Shown: one piece after another, positions 1 to 7,946 of the stretch
How the letters are laid out: every line of letters starts with the position of its first letter
Numbering within the stretch: the stretch's first letter is position 1
Virus record (IMG/VR): IMGVR_UViG_3300002989_000005
Location: 1 to 53,829 of that record
DNA: 53,829 bases
Source: a virus
Taxonomy: Duplodnaviria > Caudoviricetes
Reading direction: 5' to 3' (one strand)
Notes under the pieces: generated by a model
Seen by the model: only the letters and a program-made list of their open reading frames with translations
The model's database searches: none
Told to the model about the DNA's origin: nothing
Position numbers and translations under genes: made by a program

Positions 1-47
1 AGATTTCTCTTGCCTCAGGATTAAGTTTCTTTTATTTACTAAATAAA

Positions 48-165
48 GTGAATAAAATTTTTATAATAGTCTATAATTTAAATAACATCCTTTTTAATGT
101 AAATAATAATTATCTAATGATCATGCTGTACTGGGCTCCCCCCAAGTACAGCATTTTTATTTTTT
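48..165 (+). ncRNA. Candidate small RNA, copy 1 (with promoter)
   Basis: TATAAT at 72-77, AACATCCTTTT at 84-94, hairpin ATGCTGTACT(123-132)...AGTACAGCAT(145-154) with CTCCC loop and T-tract; near-identical to 8175-8285. Confidence 0.5.
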
Positions 166-375
166 GTTTTAAATCTTAAATATAATCATACTTGATTGTG
201 CTAGTTCAATTCCAGTTAAATTTAACTTATCCCTGTTAAATTTAGCTATCCCTTAACATGTCACTTTAACATATTACTAATAGAATTAGGCACTAATGTC
301 CACTTTAGTATAATTTGTAGTTAACTTAATTAAATGGATCTACTGTTAAATCTAATTTGGGTGTGTTATTTTCAA

Positions 376-407
376 TAAAAAAAGCCTTCGCCAATTGACG
401 AAAGCTT
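376..407 (-). terminator. Intrinsic terminator downstream of the left tRNA fragment
   Basis: Minus strand AAAGCTTTCG-TCAATTGG-CGAAGGCTTT followed by a T-run. Confidence 0.7.
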
Positions 408-408
408 T

Positions 409-544
409 GTTCATGGTGCGCCCAGAGGGAGTCGAACCCACGGCCTACAGATTCGAAATTTTACTTTTTATAGCTTTCTATATATTCATACAACTTATTC
501 ATACCAACGCTTTATGTACTATATCATAATATAACATTCTATAG
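409..544. repeat. Left att direct repeat (136 bp)
   Basis: Matches 53694-53829 except at 426/53711 and 443/53728. Confidence 0.95.
414..457 (-). pseudogene. 3' half of tRNA-Arg(UCG), att core
   Basis: Minus strand TTCGAATCTGTAGGCCGTGGGTTCGACTCCCTCTGGGCGCACCA: anticodon loop, T-arm and CCA end; no 5' half. Confidence 0.85.
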
Positions 545-546
545 TT

Positions 547-587
547 TTTTAACACTTATGTGTTAAAAATGTGTTAAAAGTGTGTTA
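547..587. promoter_or_regulatory. Probable integrase arm-binding sites
   Basis: TGTGTTA(AAA) at 559, 570 and 581 (11-bp period) plus an inverted copy at 547-555; same motif at 53626 and 53637. Confidence 0.7.
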
Positions 588-773
588 TTAGATCTGAGCC
601 ATTACCTCATAAATTATTTTTCGTTTATCTTTCAAACTATAATTATTATTGATAGTCAAAATAATATTTCCATCTATTTTTGAACAACTCCATTTAAAAT
701 TTTTATACTTACAATACCCCAGGGTAATTATTATGTTGTTATATATTAATTTAAAAAATCTAACTTTTTTCAT
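588..773 (-). CDS. Small hypothetical protein, SOS-box controlled
   Basis: 61-aa ORF with GGGGG RBS; upstream LexA box. Confidence 0.6.
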   Translation of the reverse strand: MKKVRFFKLIYNNIIITLGYCKYKNFKWSCSKIDGNIILTINNNYSLKDKRKIIYEVMAQI

Positions 774-826
774 TTGATATAGCCCCCCAATATTTTATCT
801 CCTATAATTATTTGTTTGTGTCATTA

Positions 827-867
827 ACAATAGCACTTTATTTTAGCTAAGTAAAGAACATTTGTTC
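827..867 (-). promoter_or_regulatory. SigA promoter with LexA (SOS) box
   Basis: -35 TTTACT (850-855), 17 bp, extended -10 TGcTATTGT (827-835); GAAC-ATTT-GTTC at 856-867. Confidence 0.65.
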
Positions 868-1017
868 CCATTTTAATTTAGTTTTTGTAATATATTTCAT
901 ATTATTTTATATCACACCCTAATTTGATTTTATTTGTCTGCAAAATGAGCCATTATAAATTATGCCAATTACTCCATGTTATACTAATTAATTATGTGTA
1001 TCATGGAGGTATTAGTT

Positions 1018-1248
1018 ATGCAATTTAATGATAGGTTAAGATTTCTTAGACATGATAAGGATTTTACCCAAGATAAATTATCCAAAGTATTCAATATAGA
1101 CAGAAAAACATTAAGCAATTACGAGACCGGAGATAGGACCCCAAGCATATATTTAGTTGTTAAAATGGCTAATTACTTTGATGTGTCTACAGACTATCTT
1201 CTAGGTATAACAGATATCTCAACTCCATACCCTAAAAGACATAAATAG
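1018..1248 (+). CDS. XRE-family HTH regulator
   Basis: RLRFLR...TQDKLS...LSNYETGDRTPS...VSTDYLLG; GGAGG RBS favours the ATG at 1018. Confidence 0.85.
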   Translation: MQFNDRLRFLRHDKDFTQDKLSKVFNIDRKTLSNYETGDRTPSIYLVVKMANYFDVSTDYLLGITDISTPYPKRHK

Positions 1249-1440
1249 TTTTAGTTAACTTATTCTAACACTATATTTTAATATATATAAATTTAATGTT
1301 CCCCTTTTTATTTCCAATTAATTTCGTACTTGTAATATAATTCATATATTTGTATTCATTACCCTTTATTTTTTCATTAAATTTAACTTAATAATATTGT
1401 ATATTGATTAAACCTTTAATGATGACTAATAGCATACTTA

Positions 1441-1468
1441 AAGCCTACCAAATAAGGTAGGCTTTTTT
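1441..1468. terminator. Intrinsic terminator, probably bidirectional
   Basis: AAGCCTACC-AAATAA-GGTAGGCTT followed by a T-run. Confidence 0.8.
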
Positions 1469-1475
1469 ATTTAAA

Positions 1476-1750
1476 TTATATAAAAATTAAAATTATAGCT
1501 AATAAGCAAATGGACAGATCTTCTGTTTCACCAGTCCTTATAAGTTTTGGGCCATAATACTTTTTATTGAAAGGGTAGAAAAATGGTGTGCCTGTTTTAG
1601 TGCAGCTGTCTAATAGTAAATGTATTAAATAGTTAAATCCCAATCAGGAATAGTTGCACCTAATATACCTATAAATGCATACCCTGGAACTAGATTAAGT
1701 AATGGTAAAGTAATAGCTATTCCTGCAGCAACATGGGTTTTCTTTGTCAT
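1476..1750 (-). pseudogene. YdjM-like membrane metal-dependent hydrolase pseudogene (internal deletion and frameshift)
   Basis: MTKKTH...GATIPDWD* then, in another frame, HLLLDSCTKTGTPFFYP...; the central HRxxTHS segment is missing. Confidence 0.75.
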
Positions 1751-1768
1751 TTGTTCCCCTCCAAAACA

Positions 1769-1893
1769 GTATCCACACTAGACATACTTTTGGATACTTT
1801 ATAAACGTATGTTTCTATCCAAAAATATATAAAAAAGAGTACCCAGTGTATTGGATACCCTAACAACCTTTAACCCATTGATTTCAATGGGTT
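1769..1893. repeat. TGGATAC-like repeat cluster plus inverted repeat
   Basis: GTATCCA 1769, TTGGATAC 1790, TATCCAA 1816, GTACCCA 1839, TTGGATAC 1851; AACCCATTGA/TCAATGGGTT at 1872-1893. Confidence 0.65.
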
Positions 1894-1926
1894 TATATTC
1901 CCATTTCAAATCATGATACTATAGTA

Positions 1927-2460
1927 TTATATTAAATATTGTTTTATCTTTTCTTCAATTTCTGTTATTCCAATATATTTCACTTTTTCTTTTTTATTTT
2001 TTTCTTCAACTTCATGCTTAGTTATTATTATAAACTCAAATTTCGCTTTTCTTTCATTTAATATATTAATAATTTCATTTATCTTTTTAGCTTTTGTTCG
2101 GTTAAAAATATCAACTTCTAATATTAATATTATCCCCTCTTTTAGGATAAATATACAATCAACCTTATTCTTTTTTATTTTATATTCCCTCTCCATAAAT
2201 TCTAATTTATCTTTTAACAGAATAACCACATCGGTTATAACCAAACTATGGAAGCTTGGCATTTTTTTTAAATAGTAAACCTTTTTACCCAATACTGGAT
2301 GAATTTCAACCTTTAAAAATTTATTAGTACTTAGTATTTTTAATCTATTTGCAGCTATATCATAGCTTGGGAAAAACAATCTTTGCACTTGATCTATTGT
2401 TACCCCTAGGTTTTTCTCTATAAAATTAATAATATCTATATCCCTATTTGTTAATTTCAT
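1927..2460 (-). CDS. wHTH plus PD-(D/E)xK protein, replication-relaxation-like
   Basis: LTNRDIDII...TIDQVQRLFF...RLKIL N-terminus; EREY...VD...LEVD nuclease-like motif; overlaps the FtsK gene. Confidence 0.6.
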   Translation of the reverse strand: MKLTNRDIDIINFIEKNLGVTIDQVQRLFFPSYDIAANRLKILSTNKFLKVEIHPVLGKKVYYLKKMPSFHSLVITDVVILLKDKLEFMEREYKIKKNKVDCIFILKEGIILILEVDIFNRTKAKKINEIINILNERKAKFEFIIITKHEVEEKNKKEKVKYIGITEIEEKIKQYLI

Positions 2461-3634
2461 TTAACATGCTCAACACATTGTTTAGATCATTTTCAATTAC
2501 TGGAACAACTTCAATAGCTTTCCTTTCAATAATACTATTTTTTATATTTTTAGTTATATCTTCATGTTCTATTGCTAGAGTATGACCTTTGTAAGTATCA
2601 AGGTTTTTACATATAAACTCTCTCTCTTTAAGTAATGTAGCGGAGTTGTCACCCATTACTACCACACTCGTGGAACTATCCTTTATAGTTAAGCTTATTC
2701 TAGTTGTAAGTTGTGCTTTAATATCTGTTGGTATACTATCTGCGGTAGGTTTCTGCAATGAAGTAATGAGGAATATCCCACTACTGCGGCCTACATTTAC
2801 TAAGTTTTTTAGAAACCTTAAACATTCGGATTTTAACTTTTTTTCATCCTTACTATCACCCTTGCTTATATTAAGGAAGCTAAATTCTTCTATAACAACA
2901 TAATTATATTTTAATTTGTAAGTTCCTTTTTTGTTGAAATCTTCTACATTATATATTCCTTTAGTGTTATCTATGAGAATTTCTCTCTTTTGAAGTTCTT
3001 CGTCTATAGCCTGTAAGCTGTCTCTTACATCAGATAAAGATTTACTATATGATATTACCTGTTTGCAATTTTGGAATACACCTAGATCATTTTTTCTAAC
3101 TTGTAATAGGTGTATAGTAACGTTCGAATTGTAAATCAAATTAGTCAGTATAGCTAATAATAATCTACTCTTACCAGTTCCAGTATCTCCACCTATCAGT
3201 ACGTGAGGAAATTTATTAAGATTTACAATTACGTTTTCTGAATGTGTATATCCAATATAAATCTCATAAGGTTTTAAATACATAGGTTCATATCTTATAT
3301 TTTCAAAAGGTTTTGTTATAAAAATAATTTCTATCATACTTTTATTTTCAAGTCTCTTAAATTCCATATCTTTTGCACCTGTATTAGTAAGAAATGTATC
3401 CTTTAGTTTTTCAATATTTTCTAGCCCTATTCCATAAGGTACTCCAACCCTAAGTTTATACCCATAGTCTAGATCATTGACCTTTCGTACCCTTAAGCTC
3501 TGTTGTTTATTATTAAATAACCCAGCCTTTTCTACTATTTCTCTAAAATCACTTTTCACTTTTCTTTCTTGAAAATTATATAGCTTTAAAATACCCAATA
3601 CACATCCTGTGCACGTTGCTAACTCCCAGTACAT
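2444..3634 (-). CDS. FtsK/SpoIIIE-family ATPase
   Basis: PHVLIGGDTGTGKS Walker A, VVIEE Walker B, GRSSGI...Q.P motif, N-terminal hydrophobic anchor. Confidence 0.9.
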   Translation of the reverse strand: MYWELATCTGCVLGILKLYNFQERKVKSDFREIVEKAGLFNNKQQSLRVRKVNDLDYGYKLRVGVPYGIGLENIEKLKDTFLTNTGAKDMEFKRLENKSMIEIIFITKPFENIRYEPMYLKPYEIYIGYTHSENVIVNLNKFPHVLIGGDTGTGKSRLLLAILTNLIYNSNVTIHLLQVRKNDLGVFQNCKQVISYSKSLSDVRDSLQAIDEELQKREILIDNTKGIYNVEDFNKKGTYKLKYNYVVIEEFSFLNISKGDSKDEKKLKSECLRFLKNLVNVGRSSGIFLITSLQKPTADSIPTDIKAQLTTRISLTIKDSSTSVVVMGDNSATLLKEREFICKNLDTYKGHTLAIEHEDITKNIKNSIIERKAIEVVPVIENDLNNVLSMLNEINK

Positions 3635-3645
3635 AAATACACCTC

Positions 3646-3735
3646 CTACATTAATGCGGACATTATAACCACAGAGAGAGAGAATATAAGAGTAATAATA
3701 AATGATTTATAAGTAATTTCATGTAATCTTTTCAC
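3646..3735 (-). CDS. 29-aa single-TM peptide (not in ORF track)
   Basis: GAGGTG RBS, GTG start, MKRLHEITYKSFIITLIFSLSVVIMSALM; fills the operon gap. Confidence 0.55.
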   Translation of the reverse strand: MKRLHEITYKSFIITLIFSLSVVIMSALM

Positions 3736-3746
3736 ATTTTCACCTC

Positions 3747-3944
3747 TTATAATTGAAATAATGTTTTAATATTATTAAATAAACCTGACATTAATCCTGC
3801 CACTATCCCAACTATCATTAAGATGGCTGCAAAATTTATTATTGTTGCCATATCCTGCTTTTTAGCACCTACTAATATTTGCTCGATAACTACTACTACT
3901 AACCCTACGCCACCCAGTTTAAAGAGTAAATTCATATCTAACAT
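3747..3944 (-). CDS. spoIIIAC: SpoIIIAC/AD-family membrane protein
   Basis: D..LLFKLGGVGLVV.VI.QIL..AKKQDMA...LF..IKTLFQL closely follows the SpoIIIAC pattern. Confidence 0.8.
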   Translation of the reverse strand: MLDMNLLFKLGGVGLVVVVIEQILVGAKKQDMATIINFAAILMIVGIVAGLMSGLFNNIKTLFQL

Positions 3945-3945
3945 A

Positions 3946-4044
3946 TTAATTCCATCTCCTTTTAATATAAATTTTATAGATAATTAATGCACCTATGCAT
4001 ATGAATGCAAATCTTATAAAACTGTCTATACTATTTGGTAACAA
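3946..4044 (-). CDS. 32-aa single-TM peptide (not in ORF track)
   Basis: GAGG RBS, TTG start, ...FIRFAFICIGALIIYKIYIKRRWN. Confidence 0.5.
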   Translation of the reverse strand: MLPNSIDSFIRFAFICIGALIIYKIYIKRRWN

Positions 4045-4066
4045 TTCCAATAACCTCAAATCAAAA

Positions 4067-4237
4067 TTACTCGGCTCTGGCATTCCATTCCCCCTGATCT
4101 AAATGCTTAATGTAAAATTCAATAGCATTTTTCACAAACTTAGATTTTTCCTCACATGACTCTACGTATATAAATAATCTAGTATCTCTAGTTTTACTAT
4201 TGAAACTTACTTGAACTGTCTGTGAATCTTTCGACAT
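4067..4237 (-). CDS. 56-aa ribbon-helix-helix-like protein (not in ORF track)
   Basis: MSKDSQTVQVSFN...KSKFVKNAIEFYI; alternating beta strand and S-x-F-V helix motif; AGGTAGGG RBS. Confidence 0.6.
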   Translation of the reverse strand: MSKDSQTVQVSFNSKTRDTRLFIYVESCEEKSKFVKNAIEFYIKHLDQGEWNARAE

Positions 4238-4356
4238 CTTTTACCCTACCTTTCATTCATCCTTTAATATATAGTATGGATAAATTATAGAAAGATTCCA
4301 ATATTTTAAAATATAATTTTATATTTTTGGATTAATTGCATAAAAAAAGATATGGT

Positions 4357-4557
4357 CTATTCTGAATACCATATCTCATTTACTGTTTTATTTAATTTTT
4401 TAGCAGTTTCAAAAGCAACATCCAATGTAGGCTTACTCACGCGTGTTTCCCAGTTGGAATATGTTGTGTGATTTATCCCTAACATTTTGGAGAAATCTTT
4501 TGAATTCATAGCATATTCCCTCATCCTGATTTCCTTAAGTCTATTCTTAAGCCCCAT
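4357..4557 (-). CDS. XRE-family HTH regulator
   Basis: LKNRLKEIR...TYSNWE...P.LDVAF..AKKL...VNEIW. Confidence 0.85.
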   Translation of the reverse strand: MGLKNRLKEIRMREYAMNSKDFSKMLGINHTTYSNWETRVSKPTLDVAFETAKKLNKTVNEIWYSE

Positions 4558-4577
4558 ATAAACACCTCATCATTAGC

Positions 4578-5387
4578 TTATGTTAATTCCAACAGTTGTT
4601 TTTTCTTTGCATCAAATTCTTCCTGAGTAATAATAGCATTATCTAGTAAATTCTTATACTTTAATATTTCATCGGCATTAGATGTTATACCTACGTTATT
4701 ATATTCTTCTACCACCTCTTGACTATTACAAATCAATTGTAATAATGATAAACATTCTTGTGCTGAGTTGTATAAAGATTTATATACGAAGCCACTTTTT
4801 TTAGTTGCAGTTGTCAGAAACTTAATATAAACTACTGGATTATTCATGTTGTTAATTGTAATCTTTATTTTCAGGCTATTGCATATTGATCTACTTTTCC
4901 TGCCAGTTACGCCACCAACAACTGCAGCTGCACCTCCCAATAATACTCCACCTACTAAAGCTCTACCTAATCCCCCCTTAGTAATGGATTCTTCATCTTC
5001 TAATAGTTCAAAATCAACAATATCACTATAGTTGTAGATTTTAGGATGCTTTTTGCCACCAAATAAACCATCAGGTATAAGCCACTTTTTTTGGTTATCA
5101 TCAAATTCTATAAATGTGCTAAATTTCTTTGTAGGGATAAATGACAAAAGTTCTGACTGCTCTACATTTTGAGTAATTATTGCGGCATCAGTCTTTACTT
5201 GTCTATCAATTATTGCAATCTTTATTTCTTCTGCTGTCATCATTAAAACTGGTTTAGCTGTACGAAGTCCCCCGCATTTTTTAAAGCATTCACGGCATAT
5301 CCATCCCTTATTCTTAATTGCGTTTCGGTTTAAACCAATCTCATTGTCACAAATTGAACATATTGCTTTTAAGCTAAAAAATCCCAT
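4578..5387 (-). CDS. Zn-finger/PH-like/SHOCT moron protein (DUF4428-like)
   Basis: CxxC...CxxC, Gly-zipper hydrophobic segment, C-terminal ADEILKYK.LLD..IITQEEFDAKKKQLL (SHOCT). Confidence 0.8.
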   Translation of the reverse strand: MGFFSLKAICSICDNEIGLNRNAIKNKGWICRECFKKCGGLRTAKPVLMMTAEEIKIAIIDRQVKTDAAIITQNVEQSELLSFIPTKKFSTFIEFDDNQKKWLIPDGLFGGKKHPKIYNYSDIVDFELLEDEESITKGGLGRALVGGVLLGGAAAVVGGVTGRKSRSICNSLKIKITINNMNNPVVYIKFLTTATKKSGFVYKSLYNSAQECLSLLQLICNSQEVVEEYNNVGITSNADEILKYKNLLDNAIITQEEFDAKKKQLLELT

Positions 5388-5596
5388 ATCACCATCGCCT
5401 CTCTTGCATTTATATTCTACTTAACTTCCATATATCCTTTTTATAAAAAAATAAGCCTATAATCAGTATTTAAATTTAACTAAATTTAATTGAGTTTTAA
5501 TTAAATTTCTCCAGCCTCAGGCATAAATTTCTTTTATTTACTAAATGAACTGATTAAAATTTAATTTTTACTACATCTTCTTCTTAATCTAATTTT

Positions 5597-5758
5597 CTAT
5601 TGCAATAAATCTTTTCTTAGTTTTATCATTAATTCATCCAATTGTGAGTGTGAAAGCATTCTTATTAAGGATTTAGCAACTACCTCTGCTTGTCGTTCTT
5701 TTAGACATTGAATTCCTTCTTTAGTTTGCGGATAATTTACAACTACTTTAATTGCCAT
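5597..5758 (-). CDS. 53-aa hypothetical protein (not in ORF track)
   Basis: AAGGAGG RBS; MAIKVVVNYPQTKEGIQCLKERQAEVVAKSL...; downstream of the LexA-like gene. Confidence 0.7.
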   Translation of the reverse strand: MAIKVVVNYPQTKEGIQCLKERQAEVVAKSLIRMLSHSQLDELMIKLRKDLLQ

Positions 5759-5806
5759 TATACCCTCCTTTACTTTTTACAAGCCTTATAATTTTTTTCT
5801 TAAATC

Positions 5807-6055
5807 TTAATAGGTTTTGCTATTATCTTCATGAAACCACTCCTCAGGATATCTTATAATATGTAACGTTCTTGGCATATTCTCATTTTTAGCGACATAA
5901 CCTTTTGTTTGCAATCGATCTAAATGCCCTTGTATTGTTGATGTTGATCTTTTGTTTAAAGCTGTTGCCAATTCCCTCACCGTTGGTGAGTATTTATTAT
6001 CAACTATAAAGTCATCAATTGCTTTTAGGACCTCATTTTGCTTTTTAGTAATCAT
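5807..6055 (-). CDS. Stand-alone LexA N-terminal DNA-binding domain
   Basis: TKKQ.EVL..I..F.....YSPTVREL.....STSTIQGHL.RL..KGY......PRTL; no S24 peptidase domain; GGGAG RBS favours the ATG at 6055. Confidence 0.85.
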   Translation of the reverse strand: MITKKQNEVLKAIDDFIVDNKYSPTVRELATALNKRSTSTIQGHLDRLQTKGYVAKNENMPRTLHIIRYPEEWFHEDNSKTY

Positions 6056-6080
6056 TTGCTCACTCCCTTTATTTAACTTA

Positions 6081-6109
6081 ATTATAGCGAACAAACGTTC
6101 TAATGTAAA
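6081..6109 (-). promoter_or_regulatory. SigA promoter with LexA box in the spacer
   Basis: -35 TTTACA (6104-6109), 17 bp, -10 TATAAT (6081-6086); CGAAC-AAAC-GTTC at 6088-6100. Confidence 0.8.
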
Positions 6110-6196
6110 GAGTAAAATAATGGTTGTTACAATTTAAAAATAAATAGTAAATAACTTAAGTTATGGTTAAACTAATAAAAAAGAGAGGTGTCAAAA

Positions 6197-7003
6197 ATGG
6201 CTGTAGCTCATAAAACAGTAATTAGCTTTGGACTTGTTGCTATACCAATTAGTATGTATACAGCAACTCAGGACAACGACATACATTTTAATCAATTACA
6301 CAAAGAAGATAATTCGAGAATAAAATACAGAAAATCTTGTAGTCATTGTGGTAAAGAGATCACAACAAAAGATATTATCAAGGGATATGAATATGATAAG
6401 GATCATTACGTAGTTGTAACGGATGATGATTTAGAAAAGATAAAAACTGAAAAAGAGAAATCAATACAGATAATGCACTTTGCACAATTAAATCAGATCT
6501 CACCAATTTATTATGATAAAACATATCAAGCTGCTCCTTTAGCTGGTGGTGACAAAGCATTTGAATTACTACGTGCTGCACTTATGAGTGAGCAGAAAAT
6601 CGCAATAGGTAAGACAGTAATGGGAACTAAAGAAACATTACTTGCTATAATTCCCCGCGAGGATGGAATATTAATCTCTACAATGTATTATCAAGACGAA
6701 ATTAAAGACCTTGCTAAGAGCTACAATAAGCCTGACTTAGTAGAAGATGAGGTCACAATGGCTAAGGCATTAATTAACTCTATGATTACTCCTTTCGAGC
6801 CTACTAAATATAAAGATGAGTATCAAATGAAGTTACGAGATTTACTTGAAACTAAAATAGCAGGTAAAGAAATTGTTGCTGCTAAATCTGAAACTCCAGG
6901 TAATGTAATTAATTTAATGGATGCACTTAAAGCAAGTATTGAACAAAATAAAGTTAAGGAAACTCCTAAGACGCCACGTAAAAGAACTCCCAAAGGCGCG
7001 TAA
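6197..7003 (+). CDS. ku: Ku DNA end-binding protein
   Basis: ISFGLVAIP..MY.AT....I.FNQLH......IKY...C..CG......IIKGYEY...Y.DEY...NVINLMDALKAS and a basic tail. Confidence 0.95.
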   Translation: MAVAHKTVISFGLVAIPISMYTATQDNDIHFNQLHKEDNSRIKYRKSCSHCGKEITTKDIIKGYEYDKDHYVVVTDDDLEKIKTEKEKSIQIMHFAQLNQISPIYYDKTYQAAPLAGGDKAFELLRAALMSEQKIAIGKTVMGTKETLLAIIPREDGILISTMYYQDEIKDLAKSYNKPDLVEDEVTMAKALINSMITPFEPTKYKDEYQMKLRDLLETKIAGKEIVAAKSETPGNVINLMDALKASIEQNKVKETPKTPRKRTPKGA

Positions 7004-7935
7004 TGGATCTATTTGAAAGTAAAGATATTAAACCTATGTTGATTGGTGAAAATCAAGAAGCTTTTGATAGCCCCGACTATATTTACGAGTTAAAACTAGA
7101 TGGTGAAAGATGTATTGCTTATTTGGATAAAGACGTTACAGAGCTGCGCAACAAACGAAATATGAAGATGCTTACTAAAGTACCTGAGCTTTCTAGTATA
7201 CACAAACAAGTCAAACAGCGTTGCATACTGGATGGTGAATTAATCGTTATTAAGGATGGTAAGCCAGATTTTTATGAGATTCAGCGGCGATCACTTATGT
7301 CCAACAGCTTTAAAATTCAACTTGCATCATCTAAATTACCAGCCACTTTCACCGCCTTTGATATTCTCTACTATAACGATCACTCTGTAATAGGTTTACC
7401 TTTAATGGAACGTAAAAAATTGCTAGAAAAGGTGATTAAGGAAAATGAGCGAATTGCTATTTCCCGATATATAGAAGAACAAGGAATTCAGTTTTACCAA
7501 CTTGCTAAGCAAAATGACCTTGAAGGTATTGTTGCTAAAAGAAAAGATAGTAAATATTATCTCGACAAGAAAACTAAGGACTGGATTAAGATAAAATATC
7601 TATTGGATGATGATTTTGTGGTGTGTGGATATATTTTAAAAGAGCATGGCATAATTAGCATTGTACTTGGTCAATATTTTAAAAAGGAATTAATATATAA
7701 AGGTCATGTTACATTGGGAATATCAACAGAAGATTTCCAAATAATAAAATCTACACCCGAAAGTTCACAACCTTTTAATGTATTACCTTCTGGAAATGAT
7801 AATGCAGTATGGATTGAACCTATGCTTGTATGCATAGTAAAATTCATGATGAAAACAGCAAATGGTGGTTTGCGACAACCTGTATTTAAAGGTCTTCGAG
7901 ACGATAAAGACCCTAAAGAATGTACTGTAAATTAG
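7003..7935 (+). CDS. ligD: ATP-dependent DNA ligase (LigD ligase domain only)
   Basis: YELKLDGER, LDGEL, AFDIL, EGIVAKRKDSKY, WIKIK, LRQPVFKGLRDDK; stop/start overlap with ku. Confidence 0.92.
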   Translation: MDLFESKDIKPMLIGENQEAFDSPDYIYELKLDGERCIAYLDKDVTELRNKRNMKMLTKVPELSSIHKQVKQRCILDGELIVIKDGKPDFYEIQRRSLMSNSFKIQLASSKLPATFTAFDILYYNDHSVIGLPLMERKKLLEKVIKENERIAISRYIEEQGIQFYQLAKQNDLEGIVAKRKDSKYYLDKKTKDWIKIKYLLDDDFVVCGYILKEHGIISIVLGQYFKKELIYKGHVTLGISTEDFQIIKSTPESSQPFNVLPSGNDNAVWIEPMLVCIVKFMMKTANGGLRQPVFKGLRDDKDPKECTVN

Positions 7936-7946
7936 TGGAGGTAATT

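Noticed and set aside
414-457. Functional tRNA-Arg gene
   Set aside because: Only the 3' half is present at both att copies; no D-arm or 5' acceptor strand.
4230-4236. Perfect Spo0A box TGTCGAA over the RHH start codon
   Set aside because: A 7-mer is expected several times by chance in 54 kb; no supporting second box.
6141-6174. SigF/SigG promoter for ku (GGTTAAACTA)
   Set aside because: The -10-like text is present but there is no matching -35 at the proper spacing.
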